DNA of 64,000 nt from Thermoanaerobaculia bacterium. GTDB taxonomy: Bacteria > Acidobacteriota > Thermoanaerobaculia > Gp7-AA8. The position numbers and the translations under genes were made by a program. The notes under the pieces are model-generated. The model was not told the origin of the DNA. It did not search any database and saw only the letters and a list, made by a program, of their open reading frames with translations. Shown here piece by piece: positions 47,783-57,199 of this stretch. Every line of letters starts with the position of its first letter. Positions within the stretch are counted from its first letter, which is position 1. The stretch lies in the NCBI GenBank assembly GCA_017883205.1, contig JADGNZ010000035.1:444-64443 (forward strand). Direction: 5' to 3'.

Positions 47783-49155
47783 CAGACCCCTCCTCCATCT
47801 TCGCCGCGCACCAACGCCTCGGCGATCTCATGAACGTCGCCCGCACCCATGGCGATGAACACATCGTTCGGCTGCAGCCGCCGCCGAAGCTCGTTGATGA
47901 TCTCTGCGTGGCTTCGATCGATGAATTCAACTCCCTCCGCCGAGTCGGCGATCATGCGGGAGGAGACGCCATCGATCGGCTGTTCTCGCGCCGCGTAGAT
48001 CGGCGCGACGAGCGCTACATCGGCACCGGCAAGCGAGGAACCAAACTCGCGGGAAAAATCCCGGGTTCGCGAATAGAGATGCGGCTGGAACAGCGCCACG
48101 ACGCGGCGACGCGGATAGCCGCTGCGCGCTGCGCTCAGCGTGGCCCGGATTTCCGTCGGATGGTGGGCATAGTCGTCGACGACGAGCGCTCCGTTGTAGT
48201 CGCCGAGGATCTGGAAGCGGCGGTCGACGCCGAGGAACTTGGCAAGCCCGGCGGCGATGGCGTCGTGACCGACTCCGAGCGCACGCGCCACCGCGATCGC
48301 TGCCAGCGCATTGCGAACGTTGTGTTCGCCGGGAACGAAGAGTTTGAAGAATCCAACGCCTTCGACCTCGAACGATGAACCGCGCTCGTCGAACGTGAGG
48401 TTACGCGTCGTCAGATCGGCGCCCGGTCCAAGACCATAACGGATGATCTTCGGATCGTTCGATCGCCCGCGGCGATCGAGTAGCGCCGCCACGGCCGGAT
48501 CATCGACACAGCCGATGATCGCGCCGCCCGGCCGTACGTTCTCCGTGAAGATCCGGAACGCTTCGACGATGTTCTCGAAGCTGCCGTAGTAGTCGAGGTG
48601 GTCTGCCTCGATGTTCGTGATCACGGCGATCTCGGGCTGAAGCTCGTGAAAGGTGCGGTCGTACTCGTCCGCTTCGACCACGATCATGTCGCCCTTGCCG
48701 CTCCTGGCGTTCGACGCAAAGTTTCGGAGCATGCCGCCGATGATGACCGTGGGGTCCAGTCCGGCGTCTTCGAGAACTGTCGCGATCATCGCCGAGGTTG
48801 TCGTCTTGCCGTGCGTGCCGGAGACGCCGACTGCGCGCTTCTCGTTGACGATCGCCGCCAGAAGATCTTTGCGGCGGATGACTTGAACACCGTCCGCCCG
48901 CGCCGTGTCGACTTCGACGTTCGCTCCGCGAACCGCGGCCGTGACGACGATGGCATCCACGCCGGCCAGGTGAGCCGGATCGTGGCCGATGTGAATATCG
49001 ACTCCGCGGCCGGCCAGAAGCGCCGTCGAGGACGATCGCTTCAGGTCGCATCCGGACACGGTCATGCCGCGCTCGTGGAGGATCTCGGCGATGCCACTCA
49101 TTCCGATCCCGCCGATGCCGACGAAATGAATATTCTTAATCTTGTCTAAATTCAT
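47782..49155 (-). CDS. murC: UDP-N-acetylmuramate--L-alanine ligase
   Basis: IHFVGIGGIGMSGIAEIL, GTHGKTTTSAMIA (Mur ligase P-loop). The start is taken at MNLDKIKN. Confidence 0.9.
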   Translation of the reverse strand: MNLDKIKNIHFVGIGGIGMSGIAEILHERGMTVSGCDLKRSSSTALLAGRGVDIHIGHDPAHLAGVDAIVVTAAVRGANVEVDTARADGVQVIRRKDLLAAIVNEKRAVGVSGTHGKTTTSAMIATVLEDAGLDPTVIIGGMLRNFASNARSGKGDMIVVEADEYDRTFHELQPEIAVITNIEADHLDYYGSFENIVEAFRIFTENVRPGGAIIGCVDDPAVAALLDRRGRSNDPKIIRYGLGPGADLTTRNLTFDERGSSFEVEGVGFFKLFVPGEHNVRNALAAIAVARALGVGHDAIAAGLAKFLGVDRRFQILGDYNGALVVDDYAHHPTEIRATLSAARSGYPRRRVVALFQPHLYSRTRDFSREFGSSLAGADVALVAPIYAAREQPIDGVSSRMIADSAEGVEFIDRSHAEIINELRRRLQPNDVFIAMGAGDVHEIAEALVRGEDGGGV

Positions 49156-49184
49156 TCTGGATAGTGGCTCGGTAATAACCAATT

Positions 49185-50270
49185 TTATTCTCTTCGCTCT
49201 ATTTTTTCGAGTAAATCAACGATCTTTTTTGTCGCGTCGGGTGTTGCCAGCGCGCGCGCCGCGCTTCCCATGCGGATCGTCCGCTCGGGATCGCTGATCA
49301 TTCCGGTGATCGCAAACGCCAGACGCTCCGGCGAAAGCTCGCGTTCGGTGATGACCACCGCACCGCCGGCCTGCTCGACGGCGCGCGCGTTCAGTTCCTG
49401 GTGGTTGTCCGTTGCGGCGGCAAACGGAATCAGAATCGCGGCCCGCCCCACCGCAGCTAGCTCGCCGACCGTCATGGCACCGGAGCGCGCCACGGCAAGG
49501 TCCGCTGCCGCAATCTCCGCGACGATCGGATCGAGATACGGCACGACCCGCGCGTTCGGAAACGCCGATGCGCGATATCCCGCCTGAACCTTTTCCAGAT
49601 CGGCCGGTCCGGTCTGATGAACGATGTCGATGCGCTCTCTGAGCGGCGCGAGGAACAGCAGCGCTCCGATCATCGCCTCGTTGATCGTTCGCGATCCCTG
49701 CGAGCCGCCGAAGACCAGGAGGCGTTTGCGGGAGTCGGATTTCGCGGGTCGAATGCTGGAGCCGGCATCGAAGAATTCTTTGCGGATTGGGTTGCCGGTC
49801 ACAACGGCGTCAGGACGTTTCATCCGCGTTGCGGCCGCCTCGAACGCCACCGCGGCGGCCGTGACGATGCGTGCGAGCACGCGATTTGCCAGGCCAGGAA
49901 AGGCGTTGGATTCATGAATCGCCGTCGGCGTTCCACGAAGCTTCGCGGCAAGCAGAACAGGCCCCGACGAGTAACCACCGACGCCCAGAACCACGGTGGG
50001 CCGCTGCTTGCCGATGAGCGAGAAAGCCTGCACGAAGCCGCGCGGCAGCAGGAAGAGGTTGCGAATCGTGTCGCCGAGCCCTTTCCCTTTAAGGCCGCCG
50101 ACGGAGATGAGCTCGAGCGGGAAGCCGGCCTTCGGAACGATCGTCTTCTCCAGACCACGCTCGGTACCGACGAAAACCACGCGCCGTGCAGGACTGCGCG
50201 CAACCCACTCCTGCGCAATCGCAATGGCCGGGTAGATGTGCCCCCCCGTTCCGCCCCCGGCGATCATCAG
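49185..50270 (-). CDS. murG: UDP-N-acetylglucosamine--N-acetylmuramyl-(pentapeptide) pyrophosphoryl-undecaprenol GlcNAc transferase
   Basis: MLMIAGGGTGGHIYPAIAIA (the GGTGGH motif) and C-terminal GGS...GA..E. Confidence 0.9.
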   Translation of the reverse strand: MMIAGGGTGGHIYPAIAIAQEWVARSPARRVVFVGTERGLEKTIVPKAGFPLELISVGGLKGKGLGDTIRNLFLLPRGFVQAFSLIGKQRPTVVLGVGGYSSGPVLLAAKLRGTPTAIHESNAFPGLANRVLARIVTAAAVAFEAAATRMKRPDAVVTGNPIRKEFFDAGSSIRPAKSDSRKRLLVFGGSQGSRTINEAMIGALLFLAPLRERIDIVHQTGPADLEKVQAGYRASAFPNARVVPYLDPIVAEIAAADLAVARSGAMTVGELAAVGRAAILIPFAAATDNHQELNARAVEQAGGAVVITERELSPERLAFAITGMISDPERTIRMGSAARALATPDATKKIVDLLEKIERRE

Positions 50271-50311
50271 CATTCCCCGCACACCCTGCACACCCATGGA
50301 TGAAAGTTCCC

Positions 50312-51412
50312 TCAGCCCGATTGCTGTGACAAGTTCAACAAGATTCCGACTGCGATGAGACTAGTGATCAGCGACGATCCGCCGTAGCTGACGAGCGGCA
50401 GCGGCAACCCTTTCGTTGGCAACAGACAAAGCGCGACGCTGACATTGAGCAGCGCCTGGATGCCGATCATCAGCGTGAAGCCGAGCGCCGCGTAAAAATC
50501 GAAGCGGTTCTGGCTGAAGCGCGTCACACGAAACCCACGCCAGACGAGAAACGCGAAGATCGCCACCAGCGCAAAAGCGCCGATGAAACCGAGCTCCTCG
50601 CCGATGATCGAGAAGATGAAGTCGGTGTGCGGCTCCGGCAGGAAAAAGAGTTTCTGCCGGCCGTTGCCGATGCCCAGGCCACGCAATCCTCCGGTGCCGA
50701 GCGCGATCAACGACTGCATCGCCTGGAACCCTTTTCCCAGCGGATCGGCTTCCGGGTTCAGGAACGTGAATAGCCGGTCGCGCCGGTAGGCAGCGCTCAG
50801 AACCAGCAGCAGGCCCGCGGGAATGATCATCAGAGTGAACGTCACCACCCGCATCCACGAGACACCGGCCGCGAAGATCATCCCCGCCGCCACGAGCACG
50901 AGCGTCGACGCGGTGCCGAAGTCGGGCTCGAGCAGAATCAGCCCCGCGAAGATCGCGACGACGAATACCAGAGGCAGCAGGGTCGAGGTCAACTCGTTGA
51001 TGCGTTCCTCTTTGCGCGCCAGGTATGAAGCGAGAAAAAGGACCAGCGCTGGCTTTGCAAACTCGCTCGGCTGCAGTTGAAAGCGGTGCAGCACGACGAT
51101 CCAGCGATGCGTGCCGTTGATCGGCGTCTGGAAGAGTGCGATCACCAGCGCCGCGAGCACCGCGGCGACGATGCCGTAAATGATCCGCCGGTCGCGCAAC
51201 CGCGCCGCATCGACGTGCATCAGCGTGACCATCACCGCGCTGCCGGCGATGAGCCACACAAGCTGGCGCGTGATGAAATAGTAGGGATTGTCCGACCCCA
51301 CCTTCTGCATCGTGATGATCGCGGACGCGGAGTAGATCATCACCATGCCCACCACGACGATCAGCATCGCCGCGCCGAAGAGGTACGTGTCGTAGGTGAG
51401 TTTGCGGCTCAC
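50312..51412 (-). CDS. ftsW: Peptidoglycan glycosyltransferase FtsW (SEDS family)
   Basis: A 10-transmembrane SEDS protein. PDFGTASTLV, SYGGSSL. Confidence 0.9.
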   Translation of the reverse strand: MSRKLTYDTYLFGAAMLIVVVGMVMIYSASAIITMQKVGSDNPYYFITRQLVWLIAGSAVMVTLMHVDAARLRDRRIIYGIVAAVLAALVIALFQTPINGTHRWIVVLHRFQLQPSEFAKPALVLFLASYLARKEERINELTSTLLPLVFVVAIFAGLILLEPDFGTASTLVLVAAGMIFAAGVSWMRVVTFTLMIIPAGLLLVLSAAYRRDRLFTFLNPEADPLGKGFQAMQSLIALGTGGLRGLGIGNGRQKLFFLPEPHTDFIFSIIGEELGFIGAFALVAIFAFLVWRGFRVTRFSQNRFDFYAALGFTLMIGIQALLNVSVALCLLPTKGLPLPLVSYGGSSLITSLIAVGILLNLSQQSG

Positions 51413-52725
51413 TTCATCCCCCGAACGAGCTCCTCAAAATGCTCGCCGCGATGTTCGAAGTTTCGGTACTGATCGAAACTTGCACAGGCAGGCGAGAGCA
51501 GGACGACTTCGCCCGGCTTCGCGTTCTCGCGCGCGTAGGCGACGGCATGTTGCATGTCGCCGGAGCTCACGATCGCCGCGGCCCCTTCGAGCGCCGCGGC
51601 AACACGCTCCGCGGCAGCGCCGATCGTGAGCACAGCACGAGTCTTTTCTTTGACGAGATCGCGCATCCGTTCGAACTCACCTGCTTTGTCTTTGCCTCCA
51701 AGGAGCAGCCAAACACTCGATGACGGGAAGGATTCGAGCGACTTGAGCGTGGCATCGACGTTTGTCCCCTTCGAGTCGTTGATCCAGCGGACACCGTCGA
51801 GCTCACGCACGAGAACCATGCGATGTGGCAGACCGGCAAACGATCCGAATGCGATCTGCACGCTGACCTCATCGACGCCGAGCGCCTTGACGGCCAGCCA
51901 CGCGGCAAGCGCGTTCTCGACGTTCGCCGTGCCTTCCAGCTTCAGCGAGGACCGCGGAATCCGGCGCTCCTGGCCATCGACGCGCAAAACGAGATCGCTG
52001 CCATCGAGGAAGGCGCCATCCTCAATTGAATGCGTGGATGAGAAACGCAACAGCCGGCTGACGGAATCGCGAGGCTGTGCGCGTCGGTCAGCGGCATTGA
52101 CGATGGCGACATCGTGCGCCTGCTGATTGCGGAAGATTCGGTACTTCGCAGCGGCGTACGCGTCGAAACTAGGATAGCGATCCATGTGATCGGGCGTGAC
52201 ATTGAGCAGGAGCGCCACGTTTGCGTGGAAGGTGTCGACACTCTCCAGCTGGAACGATGACAGCTCGAGCACATACGTCCTCGGCTTATCCAAGTCGAGC
52301 GCGGCAATGAACGGCTCGCCAATGTTGCCGGCCACGATCGGCTGCAGTCCGGCCACCTTGAGAATCTCTCCGATCAGCATCGTCGTGGTCGATTTCCCAT
52401 TCGACCCCGTTACCGCGACGATCCTGCTTCCTCGGGGCACATACCGATACGCAAGCTCGATCTCACCGACAACGGGAATCGCGCCCTTCTGCGACAAGAG
52501 AGGAATCGTCGCCGGCACACCCGGGCTCAGGACGATCATCCCAATTCCATCGAGCAAGCCACTATCGTCGCGTCCGAACTCTCGCTTGACCGAGGAGTGC
52601 AGGGGATACGGAAGCTCAGGATCGGCTTTCGCGTCGGTGATCGACACGTCTTCGCCGCGCGCAGCAAGAAAATTCGCTGCAGCCACGCCTGACTTGCCGG
52701 CTCCAATGATGAGGGTTCTGGTCAT
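51409..52725 (-). CDS. murD: UDP-N-acetylmuramoylalanine--D-glutamate ligase
   Basis: LIIGAGKSGVAAANFL, GSNGKSTTTMLIGEIL. Confidence 0.9.
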   Translation of the reverse strand: MTRTLIIGAGKSGVAAANFLAARGEDVSITDAKADPELPYPLHSSVKREFGRDDSGLLDGIGMIVLSPGVPATIPLLSQKGAIPVVGEIELAYRYVPRGSRIVAVTGSNGKSTTTMLIGEILKVAGLQPIVAGNIGEPFIAALDLDKPRTYVLELSSFQLESVDTFHANVALLLNVTPDHMDRYPSFDAYAAAKYRIFRNQQAHDVAIVNAADRRAQPRDSVSRLLRFSSTHSIEDGAFLDGSDLVLRVDGQERRIPRSSLKLEGTANVENALAAWLAVKALGVDEVSVQIAFGSFAGLPHRMVLVRELDGVRWINDSKGTNVDATLKSLESFPSSSVWLLLGGKDKAGEFERMRDLVKEKTRAVLTIGAAAERVAAALEGAAAIVSSGDMQHAVAYARENAKPGEVVLLSPACASFDQYRNFEHRGEHFEELVRGMK

Positions 52726-52745
52726 GTGCTCGGTTTTCGTTTTCG

Positions 52746-52924
52746 AGAGATCAGAGACAAGAGATCAGAGATCGGAAAAAAACCGCCGCGATCTCCTGAT
52801 CTCTGATCTCTAATCCCTTGTCTCTGCTCTTCTCACGTTTTCCAGAGATCAGAGACAAGAGATCAGAGATCAGGAAAAACCTGCCACGATCTCCTGATCT
52901 CTGATCTCTAATCCCTTGTCTCTG
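52746..52924. repeat. Two tandem copies (about 98-bp period) of a hairpin element GAGATCAGAGACAAGAGATCAGAGATC...GATCTCCTGATCTCTGATCTCTAATCCCTTGTCTCTG
   Basis: Copies at 52746-52828 and 52844-52924 are nearly identical. Each is an inverted repeat with GATCAGAGA subrepeats. Located between mraY and murD. Confidence 0.85.
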
Positions 52925-52930
52925 CTTTTC

Positions 52931-54019
52931 TCACCTCAACTTCAACGTCGACAGCGAAATCAGCGCGAAGATGATGGCGATGATCCAGAAGCGGACCACG
53001 ACCTTCGTCTCACGCCATCCCGAAAGCTCGAAATGGTGATGCAACGGCGACATCTTGAAAATGCGCCGTCCCGTTAACTTGAACGAGGCGACCTGCAGCA
53101 CGACGGACATTCCTTCGAGCACGAAGAGACCGCCGACGAGGCCGAGGAGAATTTCCTGTTTGATCATCACGGCCAGGCAGCCGATGGCACCGCCGAGCGC
53201 GAGCGAGCCGACATCGCCCATGAAAATCTCCGCGGGGTGAGCGTTGAACCATAGAAATCCGAGTGACGCGCCGACCATCGCCCCGCAGAACACGGCCAGC
53301 TCCGCGGCCTGAGGCACCCATGCGATGCGCAGGTAATCGGCGACGCGGAAGTTGCCGGCGGCGTACGTGAGGATCGTGTAAGTCACGGCCACGATCAGCG
53401 TCGATCCGATGGCCAGGCCATCGAGGCCGTCGGTGAGATTCACGCCGTTGGATGCGCCGACGAGGACGACGATGATGAACGGGATGTACAAAAAGCCGAG
53501 GTTCAGGTGGAGCATCTTGAAGAATGGGAAGGTAAGGACGGTCGAGTAGTTGTTGTGAATCGACGGCAGGTAGGCGATGGCCAGCCCCGCGGCAAGCGCG
53601 ACGCCGATCTGCATCGAGAACTTTTCTCTCGCCGTCAAGCCCTCGTTCTTCTTCTTGATCAGCTTGCGGTAGTCATCGACGAATCCGATCACGCCGTACG
53701 CGAAGGTGACGAAGAGAATGATCCAGATATAGGGATTGAGAATGTCGGCCCACAGGATCGTGGGAATGATGATGGCGACGTTGATGAGAATGCCGCCCAT
53801 CGTCGGCGTGCCGGCTTTCTGTTGATGCGACTTCGGTCCTTCTTCGCGAATGTACTGGCCGAGCTTGATGCGCCGCATCCGCTCGATCAGCCACGGGCCG
53901 AAGATGAACGAAATGATCAGCGCCGTGAGCGCCGCCCACGCCGACCGGAACGTGATGTAGCGGAAGACGTTGAAGCCGGAAATCATGTTCCGGAGCGGGT
54001 AGAGCAGGTAGTACAACAT
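52931..54019 (-). CDS. mraY: Phospho-N-acetylmuramoyl-pentapeptide transferase
   Basis: MLYYLLYPL...KAGTPTMGGILI...NLTDGLDGLA, classic MraY motifs. Confidence 0.95.
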   Translation of the reverse strand: MLYYLLYPLRNMISGFNVFRYITFRSAWAALTALIISFIFGPWLIERMRRIKLGQYIREEGPKSHQQKAGTPTMGGILINVAIIIPTILWADILNPYIWIILFVTFAYGVIGFVDDYRKLIKKKNEGLTAREKFSMQIGVALAAGLAIAYLPSIHNNYSTVLTFPFFKMLHLNLGFLYIPFIIVVLVGASNGVNLTDGLDGLAIGSTLIVAVTYTILTYAAGNFRVADYLRIAWVPQAAELAVFCGAMVGASLGFLWFNAHPAEIFMGDVGSLALGGAIGCLAVMIKQEILLGLVGGLFVLEGMSVVLQVASFKLTGRRIFKMSPLHHHFELSGWRETKVVVRFWIIAIIFALISLSTLKLR

Positions 54020-55410
54020 TAGTGCGCGCCCTCCGCGGTGGTCGAGTTGGTCAGCAGGTTGACGGTGCGGTCGAGGCCGATCCCGCGGCTGGCTTTGATC
54101 AGCACGAGATCGCCCGGACGGATGAAAGTCTTCAGAAACTCGGCGGCGCCCGACGCGTCATCGAAGTGATGGCAGTTTCCGTTGCGGAAGCCTGCTTCGG
54201 CGGCCCCTTCGAGCAGAGCACGCGAGCGCTTGCCGACGCCGATGACGACGTCGATGCTCCTGGGAATGGCCCGTCCAGCCTCGCGGTGGTAGTCGAGCTC
54301 TTTGTCGCCCAGCTCGAGCATGTCGCCGATCACGGCGATGCGCCTGCTGGTGACGTCGGCCTGCTCCATCAATGTCAAAGCTCGGCCGAGGGCGTACGGG
54401 TTCGAGTTGTAGGAGTCGTCGTAAATCGTCGCACCGCCTACATCGAGGATGATGCCGCGATGCGAAGCGGGGCGTAGTTCGTGAACACCGCGCTCGATCC
54501 CTTCCCACGAGATGCCGATGGCTCGCGCTGTGGCGATGGCGGCGAGGAGATTCTCCAGATTGTGCCGGCCGGGAAGTGACAGCGCAAAGGAATGACCGGC
54601 GACTTCGAACGACGTCCCGAGAAGGCCGCGCTCGCGGATGTTCAGGCCGCGGAAATCGGCTTCGTGATCGATGCCGTACGTCATCTTGCGGCCTTCGAAA
54701 CCGCGGCTGATGTCCATCACGTACGGGTTGTCGGCGTTGAGAATGATCGTCCCGCCCGGCTTGACGTTCTCGAGCAGCTCGCGCTTCGCTTCGGCAATCT
54801 TCTCGATCGTGCCGAAGAACTCGATGTGCACGGGACCGATGTTCGTGTAGACGCCGACGTCGGGATGGAGAAGCCCGGCGAGCTGCGCGATCTCTCCCTT
54901 GTGATTCATCCCCATCTCGCTGACGACGACTTCGACATCATCGGGCGTGTTGTCAATGCACAGCGGGCATCCGATCAGATTGTTGAAATTGCCCCACGAC
55001 TTGAACGTGCGGCGTTCGGAAGCGACAAGCGCGGCGATCATCTCCTTCGTCGTGGTCTTTCCCGCCGAACCGGTGATGGCGATGAGCGTGAATGGATAAC
55101 GCTCGCGGATGGATCGCGCCAGGCCCTGCAGCGCAATCGTCGTGTCGGCAACGCGGACGATTCCCTTGCCGGCAAGCACGCTCGCAGGCACGTTCTCAGG
55201 AACATTCGAAACGACCGCACCGCGCGCGGTGGTCAGCGCCTGCGCAAGAAACTGATGGCCGTCAAGCCGTTCGCCGGTGATGGCGAAGAAGACGGAATCG
55301 CCCTTCGCTTCGCGGCTGTCGATAACGACAGAATCGATGGCGACGTCGCCGCCCTGAACGAGCGCGCCTCCCGTCATCTCCGCGATCTGGCGGAAGGTCA
55401 AGTGAGGCAT
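54019..55410 (-). CDS. murF: UDP-N-acetylmuramoyl-tripeptide--D-alanyl-D-alanine ligase
   Basis: ITGSAGKTTTKEMIAALV, DDSYNSNP. The start is taken at MPHLTF (55408-55410); the longer ORF is a repeat-encoded extension. Confidence 0.9.
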   Translation of the reverse strand: MPHLTFRQIAEMTGGALVQGGDVAIDSVVIDSREAKGDSVFFAITGERLDGHQFLAQALTTARGAVVSNVPENVPASVLAGKGIVRVADTTIALQGLARSIRERYPFTLIAITGSAGKTTTKEMIAALVASERRTFKSWGNFNNLIGCPLCIDNTPDDVEVVVSEMGMNHKGEIAQLAGLLHPDVGVYTNIGPVHIEFFGTIEKIAEAKRELLENVKPGGTIILNADNPYVMDISRGFEGRKMTYGIDHEADFRGLNIRERGLLGTSFEVAGHSFALSLPGRHNLENLLAAIATARAIGISWEGIERGVHELRPASHRGIILDVGGATIYDDSYNSNPYALGRALTLMEQADVTSRRIAVIGDMLELGDKELDYHREAGRAIPRSIDVVIGVGKRSRALLEGAAEAGFRNGNCHHFDDASGAAEFLKTFIRPGDLVLIKASRGIGLDRTVNLLTNSTTAEGAH

Positions 55411-55420
55411 GAATGCCTCC

Positions 55421-55529
55421 GGGGGTGGGGAGTGGGGAGTAGGGAGTGGGAGTTTAAGCGCCGCTGGGAGTAAGCAGGCGAAGTGGGGATCAAATCTCCC
55501 ACACCCCACACCCCACTCCCCACTCCCAA
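55421..55529. repeat. Hairpin element with G-quadruplex-capable arm GGGGGTGGGGAGTGGGGAGTAGGGAGTGGG...CTCCCACACCCCACACCCCACTCCCCACTCCC
   Basis: G-tract arm and C-tract complement about 45 nt apart, between murF and murE. Confidence 0.8.
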
Positions 55530-55699
55530 AACCGCGCTCTCTTCCGGCTCCGCCGCGCCAACCCGATCGCGGCCCTTCCCCCGAAGCTGCCCGACGATCG
55601 CCAACCATCCACCCGCACAGAAGGCAATCGACGGAGCCGGAACAGAGCACCTGTCTGACGTCGCTAAATGATAAGACGAATTGATCATTGATTTCAACA

Positions 55700-57199
55700 C
55701 TAATTTGATGTCGATTTAAATGCTTCGTTTTTGTGGCTCGTTTTCGGCCGCTTCGCTTGCAAGGCGCGCTCCGCTTCCTCGCGGTCGTCGAAGTGGATGA
55801 CCTGATCGCCCACGACCTGGTACGACTCGTGGCCCTTGCCGGCGATGACGATGACATCGCTGTCGGATGCGTTCGCGATCGTGCGCGCGATGGCCTCGCG
55901 CCGGTCGGTGATGCGCTCGTAGTTCGACGCGCCCTTCATTCCTGCCTCGATTCCGTCGAGAATCGCTTCAGGTTTTTCGCTGCGCGGGTTGTCGCTCGTC
56001 AGGACGGCGCGGTCAGCGAGACGCGCCGCGATCGCGCCCATCTTCGCGCGCTTGTCTTTGTCGCGGTCGCCGCCACAGCCGAAAACCACGACCACGCGCC
56101 GGCCACCCGCGAGATCACGCACAGCGTGAAGCAACTTCTCCAACGCGTCGGGTTTGTGGGCGTAATCGACGATCACGGTTGGGCCGCCGTCGTTTTCTAC
56201 GTACTCGAATCGGCCGCGGACCGTGCCAAGGTTGCGAATCCCGGCCTCGATCGTCGGGATGTCGATACCCACCGCCAGCGCCGCGCCGATGGCACCGAGC
56301 CAGTTGGAGAGGTTCGGAGCGCCGAGGAGGCGGGACGCAACCTTGATATTGCCGGCCGGAGTGTGCACGACGCCATGGAGCCCGCGCACAGACGTCTCGA
56401 AATCATCCGACGGGCGAATGTCCGCATTAACATCGCGGCCAAACGTGACCACGCAGTCGCCGAGCTCGTTCGCCAGCCGCCGTCCGTATTCGTCGTCGAT
56501 GTTGACGATCGCTGACTTGCGTGACCGGTCGATCTGATCGAACAGAATCCGCTTCGCCGCGAAGTAGTACTCGAAGTCTTTGTGAAAATCGAAGTGATCC
56601 TGCGTGAGGTTCGTGAAGACGGCCGCGCTGAAATGCATGCCGAAGGTTCGCTTCAGAGCGAGCGCGTGCGACGACACTTCCATCACCGCGTTGCGGACGC
56701 CGGCGTCGACCATCTTGGCCAGCCACTGCTGCAGAACGACAGCGTCAGGCGTCGTGCGGTCGGCGGTGAGCCGCTCCTCGCCGGCGCGGTATTCAATCGT
56801 GCCGACGAGTCCGACCGGTCCACCCGCGGCGTCGAAGACCGACTCGATCATCTTCGTCGTGGTCGTTTTTCCCGAGGTGCCGGTCACGCCGACGAGCGTG
56901 AGGTGTTCGGCGGGGCGGCCGTAGAAGTTAGCAGCGATCGTCGAGAGGGCGGCCCGGGCGTCATCGACTTCGACCAGCACCGGGGCATTTGCCGTCGCTT
57001 CGCTGACAACCGCCGTCGCTCCCTTGCTGAGCGCCGATTCGATGAAGCGAGCACCGTCGGTCTTGAATCCCGGAACTGCGACGAAGAGCGATCCCGCGCC
57101 GGCGAGCCGTGAGTCCGCAGTCACACTTGCGATCTCGATGTCCAAAACACCGCGGCTCGTACGCACGTCCACATCGCGCAACAGTTCGCGCAGTTTCAT
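55700..57199 (-). CDS. murE: UDP-N-acetylmuramoyl-L-alanyl-D-glutamate--2,6-diaminopimelate ligase
   Basis: VGVTGTSGKTTTTKMIE, a DNPR-type motif (LTSDNPRSE). Confidence 0.9.
   Translation of the reverse strand: MKLRELLRDVDVRTSRGVLDIEIASVTADSRLAGAGSLFVAVPGFKTDGARFIESALSKGATAVVSEATANAPVLVEVDDARAALSTIAANFYGRPAEHLTLVGVTGTSGKTTTTKMIESVFDAAGGPVGLVGTIEYRAGEERLTADRTTPDAVVLQQWLAKMVDAGVRNAVMEVSSHALALKRTFGMHFSAAVFTNLTQDHFDFHKDFEYYFAAKRILFDQIDRSRKSAIVNIDDEYGRRLANELGDCVVTFGRDVNADIRPSDDFETSVRGLHGVVHTPAGNIKVASRLLGAPNLSNWLGAIGAALAVGIDIPTIEAGIRNLGTVRGRFEYVENDGGPTVIVDYAHKPDALEKLLHAVRDLAGGRRVVVVFGCGGDRDKDKRAKMGAIAARLADRAVLTSDNPRSEKPEAILDGIEAGMKGASNYERITDRREAIARTIANASDSDVIVIAGKGHESYQVVGDQVIHFDDREEAERALQAKRPKTSHKNEAFKSTSN

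Noticed and set aside
54019-55857. Long form of murF (612 aa)
   Set aside because: The N-terminal 149 residues are translated from the G/C-tract hairpin element and the murE 3' region. A conserved MurF N-terminus starts at MPHLTF (55410).
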